From assembly GCA_964455305.1 (NCBI GenBank), contig CAYVVU010000002.1:1-46485 (forward strand): a DNA stretch of 46,485 bases, written 5' to 3'. The position numbers and the translations under genes were made by a program. Positions 7,170-15,132 of the stretch are shown piece after piece. The DNA comes from an uncultured Thermoplasmata archaeon (lineage in GTDB: Archaea; Thermoplasmatota; Thermoplasmata; Thermoplasmatales; CAYVVU01). Position 1 is the first letter of the stretch. Each line of letters opens with the position of its first letter. The notes under the pieces are model-generated. The model ran no database searches, was not told where the DNA came from, and worked only from the letters and a program-made list of their open reading frames with translations.

Positions 7170-8717
7170 TTATTCCTCTTCCTCGCTAAGAAGTGATGCT
7201 TTGATTTCCTCAAGTTTCTTCATCTTTTCTTCTATTTCTTTCTCTCTTTCATAAATTTCTTTCTCTTTCTTTTTGATATTATTTTCAAGGTTCTTCAGTT
7301 CTTTCTTCTTTTTCTCAATTTCGCGCATTTTTTCTTCAATTTCCTCCTCCTTTGCCATAATATCGTACTCTCTAGCAGCGATTTCAGCCTCTAACTTTTT
7401 AAGTTCTTTCTCCATATTTTTTATCTCTCTTTCTTTTTTATTCAACTCCTTTTCCCTCTCTTTAACATCTTTTTCTCTCTCCTCCAGAACTTCAAGTTTT
7501 TTGGAAATCTCTTCTTCTCTAAGTGACAACTCTGCATCCTTCTCCTCAAGTTCTTTCTTTAGCAATCTTATCTTTTTCATATCCTCTTCAACACCCTCCC
7601 TAAGTTTGATAATCTCCTCTCTATCCTCTTCTAATTCTTTTCTTTCTCTCTCAATTCTGCTTCTCATAGAAGATAATTCCTTCTTTTCTACTTCCAGTTC
7701 TCTCCTCTCCTTTTCAATATTTTCTTTCATCTTTCTTAAATTGTCTTCTAAAATCAAAAGTTCTTTTTCCTTGGTGTTTAATTCTTTTTCCTTTTCTTCA
7801 AGTTCTTTCTGCAAAGACCTTAATTCCATCCATTCACTTTTGAGTGAATTTTTTTCCTCATTGATTTTGCGATTCTCCTCTTCCATCTTCTCTTTTTCTT
7901 TCTTAATACGGTTCCACTCTTCATCTAATCTTTCCTTCTCCTCCTCTAATTTTTCTCTTTCCTCTTTCAATTCTCTCTCTCTTCTACGCAGATCATCTTC
8001 TCTCCTCATAATCAAGTACTCTCTGTCTATGAGTTCCTTCATCCTCTTTTCTATTTTTTTCTTATCTTCTTCAAGCTCCTTCTCTCTATCTACGACTTCT
8101 CTCCTCATATCTTCAATCACACTTTTCTCATTCTCTATCTCCTTTCTCATCTTTTCAAGCTCTTCGGCAAGAGAATCAAGTTCTTTTTTTCTATCTTTAA
8201 GTTTTTCTTCAAGAATTCTGAGTCTTCTCTCCCAAGCACGGAGTTCCTCTTCCTTTCTTCGCAGATTTTCCTCATAGTTTCGGAGACGAGCCTCTTCCAT
8301 CCTCAACTCGTAGTCGTCCTCCACCCTTATTTTTCTGCGAGAAGTTGGAATCTCAATTGGAATATCTTCAATACTTAGAGAACATTCTGGATAAAGTTCC
8401 GCGAAATACTTTGGAGATATTGAAGATGAGCGATAAGAAAAACTTCTTACCTCCATCATACATTTTTCATCTTTTGCTAAGCACACTATATTTTCAATGG
8501 CCGAATCGCCACAAATCCTCTCCTCACCTAGAAATTCGGCGAGTATGGGAATGCCTTTATCAAAAACTAGGTATCCCTCTATATAGTTTTTTCCATCAAA
8601 TTTGCTAAGATGAATATATCCTGAGAGCTCTTCTCTTTTAACGGTATCCAGCAACTCGCGGAAATTATCTTCTCCTCCGAGCATTACTTTTACAACTTTC
8701 CCGCCTGGCAGTTTCAT
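7170..8717 (-). CDS. long coiled-coil protein with a small globular N-terminal domain
   Basis: 515 aa. Residues 1 to about 130 are mixed and globular (GYIHL...GYLVFDKGIPILAEF...GDSAIENI). The remainder is uninterrupted E/K/R/L heptad-like sequence. No TM segment or signal peptide. Confidence 0.75.
   Translation of the reverse strand: MKLPGGKVVKVMLGGEDNFRELLDTVKREELSGYIHLSKFDGKNYIEGYLVFDKGIPILAEFLGEERICGDSAIENIVCLAKDEKCMMEVRSFSYRSSSISPKYFAELYPECSLSIEDIPIEIPTSRRKIRVEDDYELRMEEARLRNYEENLRRKEEELRAWERRLRILEEKLKDRKKELDSLAEELEKMRKEIENEKSVIEDMRREVVDREKELEEDKKKIEKRMKELIDREYLIMRREDDLRRRERELKEEREKLEEEKERLDEEWNRIKKEKEKMEEENRKINEEKNSLKSEWMELRSLQKELEEKEKELNTKEKELLILEDNLRKMKENIEKERRELEVEKKELSSMRSRIERERKELEEDREEIIKLREGVEEDMKKIRLLKKELEEKDAELSLREEEISKKLEVLEEREKDVKEREKELNKKEREIKNMEKELKKLEAEIAAREYDIMAKEEEIEEKMREIEKKKKELKNLENNIKKKEKEIYEREKEIEEKMKKLEEIKASLLSEEEE
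7173..8315 (-). repeat. purine-rich (GAA/AAG/GAG) low-complexity coding tract encoding the coiled coil
   Basis: Visible as long runs of ttc/ctt on the plus strand. It creates the 334-aa S/F/L-rich shadow ORF at 7273-8277. Confidence 0.6.
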
Positions 8718-8737
8718 AAAACACTATAAGGACACAA

Positions 8738-8750
8738 TGTATATAAATAA
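8738..8750. promoter_or_regulatory. single central AT-rich TATA element shared by divergent genes (starts at 8717 and 8769)
   Basis: TGTATATAAATAA is centred about 27 nt from the minus-strand ATG and about 25 nt from the plus-strand ATG. The whole intergenic spacer is only 51 nt. Confidence 0.45.
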
Positions 8751-8768
8751 TCCCATCTATTCCCTCCT

Positions 8769-9287
8769 ATGCATACCTCCATATACCCTCCCTCAGACGA
8801 TACCTTCTTCCTGATGGATGTCCTCCAAAAAGAGCTCGGAGATGGTAGAGGAAAACATGCTCTAGATATGGGTACGGGAAGCGGAGTAATTACAGAATTT
8901 TTGAGAAATATGGGTTATGTGGTGGTTGGAGCGGATATAAACCCGCACGCGGTGGAATATTGCCGGAAAAAATATCCCGATATAGATTTTCGCGTTAGTG
9001 ATTTGTTCTCTAACATTCCAGAGAGATTTGATCTTATAGTTTTTAATACACCGTATCTACCAGGCAAGGCGAAAACACTGGAGGAAAGGGGCTGGTGCAG
9101 TGAGAATGGCGAGATTCATAGAAGATTCTTTGCGGAGCTACCTACGCATATTAAAGATGGAGGCATCTGCTATGTACTGCTCTCTTCTCATACACCTTAT
9201 TCTCCGCCCAAAAAATTAAAATACGAAATTGTTGCAAGAAAAAAACTGTTTTTTGAGGAAATATATGTATTAAAAATAAAATTTTAG
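8769..9287 (+). CDS. HemK/Mtq2-like N5-glutamine (release factor) methyltransferase
   Basis: IYPPSDDTFFLMD N-terminus, motif I LDMGTGSGVI, and an NPPY-type motif IV present as FNTPYLP. The size is typical of archaeal Mtq2. Confidence 0.7.
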   Translation: MHTSIYPPSDDTFFLMDVLQKELGDGRGKHALDMGTGSGVITEFLRNMGYVVVGADINPHAVEYCRKKYPDIDFRVSDLFSNIPERFDLIVFNTPYLPGKAKTLEERGWCSENGEIHRRFFAELPTHIKDGGICYVLLSSHTPYSPPKKLKYEIVARKKLFFEEIYVLKIKF

Positions 9288-9296
9288 AAAGAAGAA

Positions 9297-10640
9297 TTAT
9301 GGATTGTACTCCGGCGGTGGAGGTGGTGGTTGCTGCTGTGGCGGTGGTGGAGGAGGATACTGTTGATAAGGTGGAGGTTGCTGTTGTGGATATTGCTGTT
9401 GCTGATAATGCTGTGGATAATACTGCTGCATGGGCTGTGTCGGCTGAGCAGGAGGCCTAGACTTTTTCCTCTTTATAGCCACTAGTATAATGACGATTAA
9501 AACCACGACAATCACAATCACGATGATAAGTATATAGATTAGGAAGTTACCACCGTAAGCACCGTATTTGGCAGGGGCGTTCTCTCTAACATCATTGACC
9601 TCGCTCTCCGTTGTTGGTGAGGAGTAATCGTTTCCAGCATAAACATAATCAAATGACCCTATTTTCTGTTTAGTATAGAATCCACTTGATGAATCATATT
9701 CAGCATCATTTGAACTCTGCAGTGAGGAAACCATAGAATCCACATTGGCATCCGATCTGGTAAGGTAGTATATAGGATATCCAAAAATGTACATCGCATT
9801 TTTGCCGCAACTTGTTATAATGGCCGGTTTCTCAACCTTTGCCTTATTTCCAGAGGGATTTACGCTCATAGATGAGTAGAAATATACCGAGCCGCTGTAA
9901 TTTTTGTTTATATTGAAATCATATGTGTTGGTGCCTGTAGAGGAATCTTTTGCTGTTACTTTCAAATTGGCTTTTACATGAGCATCATAATCGGCATAAG
10001 TGTATTCATAGATAGTATAAACACCAACATCCTTCGGCATAAATGGTACTCCGCCACCAAACGATATCTCAAGTTTTATATCAAAATTACCGTTTATGCT
10101 GATACTTCCAGAATAAGTGGAACCCTGATATGATGCTTTATACTCAATTGAAATATCCATGTCCTGTTTTGTGTATATGTGCGCATTTAGATATGTCAGC
10201 TTGTAGTAGGTATAATTTGAGTCATCCCACCAATCATAATATTCATCTTCCACCAGATAGAAATAGCCATCAAAGTTGATCCAAAGTGATTTGATATCGG
10301 CTGTTCCTTCTCCGTATGCGCCTTCATATGAGCCACTGGACACGATATGAGCCCATGCATAGAACGAACCAGCGAATTTGAATTTGTACTGTCCGTTCTC
10401 AATTCCAACATATTTTATATAGTACAGATACGCTACTTTTCCGCTTGCATCCACGCTTCCAGAGAGGTTTCCAATTTGCGAGGAAGCGGTGTGGGAAACA
10501 TCGTATTCCCACTTGTATCCCCATGTTTGTCCTTCCTGCCAGGGCGCCGATTTTGTCGTTGCACAGCTCAAACCACTAAAGCTTATCAGGGCAAATATAA
10601 TTACCCCAAGCACAACTGCTTTTTTTAACATTTTAGACAC
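9297..10640 (-). CDS. secreted/surface tyrosine-rich protein with a C-terminal TM helix and a P/Q/Y-rich cytoplasmic tail
   Basis: N-terminal signal-like MLKKAVVLGVIIFALISFSGLSCA. A beta-rich, Tyr-rich ectodomain carries several N-X-S/T sites. A TM helix FLIYILIIVIVIVVVLIVIILVAI is followed by KRKKSR and a 52-aa P/Q/Y tail. Confidence 0.7.
   Translation of the reverse strand: MSKMLKKAVVLGVIIFALISFSGLSCATTKSAPWQEGQTWGYKWEYDVSHTASSQIGNLSGSVDASGKVAYLYYIKYVGIENGQYKFKFAGSFYAWAHIVSSGSYEGAYGEGTADIKSLWINFDGYFYLVEDEYYDWWDDSNYTYYKLTYLNAHIYTKQDMDISIEYKASYQGSTYSGSISINGNFDIKLEISFGGGVPFMPKDVGVYTIYEYTYADYDAHVKANLKVTAKDSSTGTNTYDFNINKNYSGSVYFYSSMSVNPSGNKAKVEKPAIITSCGKNAMYIFGYPIYYLTRSDANVDSMVSSLQSSNDAEYDSSSGFYTKQKIGSFDYVYAGNDYSSPTTESEVNDVRENAPAKYGAYGGNFLIYILIIVIVIVVVLIVIILVAIKRKKSRPPAQPTQPMQQYYPQHYQQQQYPQQQPPPYQQYPPPPPPQQQPPPPPPEYNP
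9300..9473 (-). repeat. CAG/CCA/CCT-rich low-complexity tract encoding the P/Q/Y tail
   Basis: The plus strand reads ggtgg/tgctg repeats. The encoded tail is PPAQPTQPMQQYYPQHYQQQQYPQQQPPPYQQYPPPPPPQQQPPPPPPEYNP. Confidence 0.6.
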
Positions 10641-10763
10641 CCAATAGCTCTTAATGAAAAGATTATATTTAAATGTTTCTTAGATGCTTCCTTCTTTCAA
10701 TCATATAGTAATCTTAGGAGCCATGAGCGAAAGTTTTAACTTCTTTAAGGAAATAACCTTGTT

Positions 10764-11966
10764 ATGCAACGAAACATAGTTGTTGAGGATATAATATCAA
10801 TCTCAACAGAAAGAAGAGATGTGGAAATTGTTGAGAGGAAAGGTATAGGACATCCGGATAGCGTAGCAGACGGTTTGGCCGAAAGCGTTTCCAGAGCATT
10901 GTGCAAATGGTATTTAGAGCATTATGGTAGGATTCTTCACCACAATACTGATGAAACTCAAATAGTTGGCGGTCAAGCCTCACCGAAATTCGGAGGAGGT
11001 ACGGTACTTGAACCAGCGTATATTCTGCTTGTTGGGAGAGCAACCACGAGGGTTAATGGAGAGAGGGTACCATACAGGACAATCGCTATAAGGGCAGCAA
11101 GAGAATATTTGCAGAAAAATTTCAGAAATCTTGATGTTGATGAGGATGTTATACTTGATTGCCGCATAGGACAGGGTAGTGTGGACCTTAAGGCTGTTTA
11201 TGATACTCAGAAGTTTTTGGCTAACGATACATCTTTTGGTGTGGGTTATGCCCCTATGACGGAGACAGAAAAGATAGTTTATAATACAGAAAGATACTTA
11301 ATTGAGGAATTAAGGGATAGATACAAGGCTATAGGCGAGGATATAAAGGTGATGGGTTTCAGAAAGGGAGATACAATAAATTTAACGGTTGCACAGGCCT
11401 TTGTTGGTAAATATGTGGATGATAAGGATCATTATCTAAATCTCAAAGAGGAACTCACATCCCTCCTTACAGATAACGCCATAAAATATACGGAAAGAGA
11501 AGTAAAAGTTATGATGAATACTGCAGACATACCTGAGGAAAATGTTTTCTACATTACTGTAACTGGACTATCCATGGAAAATGGTGATGACGGTTCTGTG
11601 GGTAGGGGAAATAGGGTTAATGGTCTTATAACTCCATACAGACCAATGAGTATGGAAGCCGCTGCTGGAAAAAATCCTGTTACCCATGTTGGCAAGTTGT
11701 ACAACATAATTGCATTCAAGATTGCGGAGGAATGCTACGAAGCAGCGGGCGGAGATATAGAAGAAGTGCATGTGAGGATAGTGTCGCAGATAGGGAAGCC
11801 CGTGGATGAGCCTCAGGTTTTGAGCATACAAGTTATACCCGCGGAGAATGTGAATACTAGCAGATACAAACAAGAGTTTGAATCTATAGGAAACAAGTGG
11901 TTGGATTCTCTCCGTGATGGAAAAGTAACAGATATGATAATTAACGGAGAGATAAATGTTTTTTAA
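10764..11966 (+). CDS. metK: archaeal-type S-adenosylmethionine synthetase (methionine adenosyltransferase)
   Basis: Collinear with the Methanocaldococcus-type MAT: [78 protein letters not shown]. Confidence 0.95.
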   Translation: MQRNIVVEDIISISTERRDVEIVERKGIGHPDSVADGLAESVSRALCKWYLEHYGRILHHNTDETQIVGGQASPKFGGGTVLEPAYILLVGRATTRVNGERVPYRTIAIRAAREYLQKNFRNLDVDEDVILDCRIGQGSVDLKAVYDTQKFLANDTSFGVGYAPMTETEKIVYNTERYLIEELRDRYKAIGEDIKVMGFRKGDTINLTVAQAFVGKYVDDKDHYLNLKEELTSLLTDNAIKYTEREVKVMMNTADIPEENVFYITVTGLSMENGDDGSVGRGNRVNGLITPYRPMSMEAAAGKNPVTHVGKLYNIIAFKIAEECYEAAGGDIEEVHVRIVSQIGKPVDEPQVLSIQVIPAENVNTSRYKQEFESIGNKWLDSLRDGKVTDMIINGEINVF

Positions 11967-12576
11967 TTTTATCCACTATACTAACGGCTTTTCCGCTCCT
12001 AAGTGCTATATGGTCATCCAATTCCATCTCCTCTCTTATATATTTTAACAGTTCTTCGCTTATTAACACTCTGCCATTTACTATTGGATATCGGTAAGGG
12101 AGTTCAATTATTCTCTCGTACTTTCCTGGAATGTTTATTTGGAATCCATCAACAAAATCTATACTATCTATGCTTATGCCTTTTTCAACCATTGACGCAA
12201 TATATACAGCGGAATCTATTGAAAATTGTCCTTCTCCGAGAGTTCTCGTCTCACACCTTACTTTTGACGATAAGAGTTCTCGAGTTCTCCCTCGTGGAGG
12301 ATGGTCTCCCAGAATACCTCCAACCACAATGACCGAATTTTTGAAATCATCTTGTGTAAGAGGTTCTTCCGCTAATGGGTCAAGAACGACGACCTTCTTA
12401 AAAGGTATATCGGTGATTGATAGCGAAATAGCATTGCAGTACTCTGAGAGTACTATCCTTTCAAGATAATCTCTTACATTTGTTATTAGCAGTTTTGGAT
12501 AGATTTCAGCACTATGTTTGTACTCATAAAACAACCAAGGTGATAGAACATCCTCCAAATGCTCTATGATTATCAT
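11941..12576 (-). CDS. DUF431 / Sfm1-like SPOUT SAM-dependent methyltransferase
   Basis: MIIIEHLED...W..YEY N-terminus and VVGGILGDHPPRGRTRELL closely resemble the yeast Sfm1 family. There is a 4-nt ATGA overlap with upstream mfnA and a 26-nt convergent overlap with the SAM synthetase gene. Confidence 0.7.
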   Translation of the reverse strand: MIIIEHLEDVLSPWLFYEYKHSAEIYPKLLITNVRDYLERIVLSEYCNAISLSITDIPFKKVVVLDPLAEEPLTQDDFKNSVIVVGGILGDHPPRGRTRELLSSKVRCETRTLGEGQFSIDSAVYIASMVEKGISIDSIDFVDGFQINIPGKYERIIELPYRYPIVNGRVLISEELLKYIREEMELDDHIALRSGKAVSIVDKIKKHLSLR

Positions 12577-13712
12577 AACTCCTCCTCCGCGACCGCCTTG
12601 AGATTTTCAATAAACAAATCAACCTTTTTTTCATCAATATGCGGCATAAAAACCAATCTTATTGAAGAATATTTTGAATTCAGTGACACATAAACTCTTC
12701 TTTTCAAAAGTTTTTTGTATATTTTTTTTGGATTTTTGAATTTTAGATTTACGATCGTCATTGGCGGCTTATGAAGTATCTCCAACCCTTCCTCTTCAAA
12801 CCTTTTTAGGGCATAATCTCTAACATCAAAACATCTCTTTACAATTTTTTTATATCCGCCGTATCCGAGATAATTTATTGCCGCATAAGTGGCAGCGACT
12901 GCCGCACTACACCTAGTTCCAAGCAATGAATCAGAATAACCATTGGAAAGATATTCCGCCTCAAATCTTATATATCTAAAATAATCATCTCGGGTTATAA
13001 GGGCACCAGACGGAATAGTACTCATACCCATTTTATGGGGGTCTATGGAAAAAGATTTGACTGCATAAACCCTAAAATCAAACTCTCCCTTCCATAAACC
13101 AAGTTTCTCCATAAATGGCAGTATGAAACCCCCGAAAGCACCATCAACATGGAGAAACTGATCATCAAGAAGTTCAGAGATTTCTTTTATAGGGTCAACA
13201 GTACCAAATAGAGTTGTTCCTGCGGTTAACACAACCGCAATGACATCATCCCTAAGTTTTTTCTCTACCTCGCCTATATCCGCCCTGAAATCATCATCAA
13301 CGGATACCTTCACTCCCTCAAGGTTTAAAAGATCAATAGCCTTTATAACAGATATGTGCACAGTTTCAGGATACAATACTTTCCCCTTTCCATAAATCTT
13401 TCTTGCGATCCATAGTGCAGTGATATTTGATTCCGTACCACCGCTGAGAATCTTTCCATGCCCCTCTTTAAGGTTCAATAAACTACTTAGGTACTTTACG
13501 CACATATCGTGCATTTTGGAAGTTCCTGGATAGAGGAGAGGATTTCCGAGATTAGATTCAATGAATTTCAGGTGCGCTTCAACAGCAATTTCAAGGGGAC
13601 AAGTCCATGTGGAGTTGAAAATCAAGCCATCCTCAAAGTGTATGTCCTCTTTATAAAGCTTTTCTAGAGTTTCTTTTAAAGCAGATAAGTTTTTAGGATG
13701 AGGGGGGAACAT
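12573..13712 (-). CDS. mfnA: PLP-dependent L-tyrosine/L-aspartate decarboxylase MfnA
   Basis: Group II decarboxylase pattern GGTESN, HVDGAFGGF, and SIDPHKMG with the PLP lysine. The size (379 aa) matches archaeal MfnA. Confidence 0.8.
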   Translation of the reverse strand: MFPPHPKNLSALKETLEKLYKEDIHFEDGLIFNSTWTCPLEIAVEAHLKFIESNLGNPLLYPGTSKMHDMCVKYLSSLLNLKEGHGKILSGGTESNITALWIARKIYGKGKVLYPETVHISVIKAIDLLNLEGVKVSVDDDFRADIGEVEKKLRDDVIAVVLTAGTTLFGTVDPIKEISELLDDQFLHVDGAFGGFILPFMEKLGLWKGEFDFRVYAVKSFSIDPHKMGMSTIPSGALITRDDYFRYIRFEAEYLSNGYSDSLLGTRCSAAVAATYAAINYLGYGGYKKIVKRCFDVRDYALKRFEEEGLEILHKPPMTIVNLKFKNPKKIYKKLLKRRVYVSLNSKYSSIRLVFMPHIDEKKVDLFIENLKAVAEEEL

Positions 13713-13774
13713 AGAGGGAGTATCGCTATTCTATAATAAATTCTTTTTTGATTATGGATACTTGCTAAAATAAA

Positions 13775-13784
13775 CTTTATATTA
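13775..13784 (+). promoter_or_regulatory. TATA-box candidate (CTTTATATTA) for the GT4 gene
   Basis: Lies about 27-30 nt upstream of the ATG at 13806. Confidence 0.4.
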
Positions 13785-13805
13785 GTAAAGACATGCTATA
13801 TATCA

Positions 13806-14975
13806 ATGTCGAAGCAAGAGAAAAAAAGAAATAATAAAAAAAGAATACTTATGCTATTGAGTAATCCCTTCAAGCCCGATCCAAGGGTATATAATGAGGC
13901 AAAAAGTTTAGTGGAAGAAGGATATAATGTTATTATATTAGCATGGGACAGGGAAGGTAAATATCCTTTAATTGAAAATGTTGGCGGGATAACAGTGTAT
14001 AGAGTTAAATGCAAGGGAGATTATGGAAAGCCTAAAATCTTTTTAAAGGGAATCTTATGCTTTTATATAAAATCTCTGCAAAAGATAAAAGAAATTGAAT
14101 TTAACGTTGTGCACGCACATGATTTTGATACACTTCCGTTGGCTATAATAATCTCTAAAAAGAGAAAATCTAAACTTGTATACGACATCCATGATGATTA
14201 TGCTTCAATGATATCAGAGGTCGTTCCTCAAATTGTTAGTAGTTTTATAGATATATTGCATAAAATACTTGTGAAATTTGCTGATTATATAATTCTTGCA
14301 AACAGAGCGCTTGGAGAAATATTGGGAGTGAAAGGCACCGTTGTTATGAACTGTGCAGACGTTGATAGGTATAATGAAATATCACAAGAAGATGTTCTTA
14401 ATTTAAGAAAAAGATTGCGCATACCGGAAAAAGCTTTTGTAATAGTATACATAGGTATACTTAGAAACTATAATTTCTTAAAATCTCTTATAGATGTTGC
14501 TAAAAATATTGATAATTGCTATTTAATTGTTGGAGGAGACGGTCCATGTAAAGAGAAAATTCTTAATTATATTAAATCATGTGAAAGAGTAAAGTATGTA
14601 GGTTGGGTCAAGGCGCAGATGATACCATATTATACAAAATTAGCTGATGCAATTGTGGTTCTTAATAATCCGTACAAAAGATATGATAGGATAAGCACGC
14701 CAGTTAAGATGTTTGAAGCTATGGCTGCAGGCATACCGGTGATAGTATCGAAAGGTGGGGAAGCAGAAAAAATTGTTCAAAAGGAAAAATGTGGAGTAGC
14801 TGTAGATTACTACTATTTAGATGATTTAAGTAAAATTATAAAAATACTTATGGCTGATAATAATTTGAAGGAAAAGCTGGGACTTAATGGAAAAAAAGCA
14901 GCTGAAAGATATTATAATTTAAGAAAACAACTAGAAAATTTAAAGAAAATATATAAAGATATTTTAGCTATTTAG
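13806..14975 (+). CDS. GT-B fold glycosyltransferase, family 4 (group 1)
   Basis: N-terminal ILMLLSNPFKPDPRVYNEAKSLVEEGYNV. C-terminal E-x7-E region PVKMFEAMAAGIPVIVS. Confidence 0.8.
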   Translation: MSKQEKKRNNKKRILMLLSNPFKPDPRVYNEAKSLVEEGYNVIILAWDREGKYPLIENVGGITVYRVKCKGDYGKPKIFLKGILCFYIKSLQKIKEIEFNVVHAHDFDTLPLAIIISKKRKSKLVYDIHDDYASMISEVVPQIVSSFIDILHKILVKFADYIILANRALGEILGVKGTVVMNCADVDRYNEISQEDVLNLRKRLRIPEKAFVIVYIGILRNYNFLKSLIDVAKNIDNCYLIVGGDGPCKEKILNYIKSCERVKYVGWVKAQMIPYYTKLADAIVVLNNPYKRYDRISTPVKMFEAMAAGIPVIVSKGGEAEKIVQKEKCGVAVDYYYLDDLSKIIKILMADNNLKEKLGLNGKKAAERYYNLRKQLENLKKIYKDILAI

Positions 14976-15107
14976 ACATATATACTTCATATCATACTTC
15001 TTCGCACATACATCCACGGATCCACTTTTAGATCCTTTCTTATCACCTTCATTTGTATCACCTCCTAAATGGTATATGGAGCACCATTATTTAAACTTTT
15101 CTAATGT

Positions 15108-15130
15108 TGTTATACCAAAAAGGTATAACA
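15108..15130 (-). terminator. perfect 9-bp stem / 5-nt loop hairpin immediately after the tiaS stop
   Basis: TGTTATACC-AAAAA-GGTATAACA on the plus strand, with a U5 loop on the transcript strand. It begins 3 nt after the stop at 15133-15135. A termination or stability role is inference. Confidence 0.35.
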
Positions 15131-15132
15131 TC

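Noticed and set aside
7273-8277. 334-aa plus-strand ORF rich in S, F and L
   Set aside because: It is the antisense shadow of the GAA/AAG-rich coiled-coil gene. It is pure low complexity with no start signals.
9300-9473. Possible microsatellite or assembly artefact in the GC-rich repeat tract
   Set aside because: The tract is an imperfect codon-level repeat that stays in frame and ends in a proper stop. It is more consistent with a genuine low-complexity coding tail. Length stability still deserves a read-level check.
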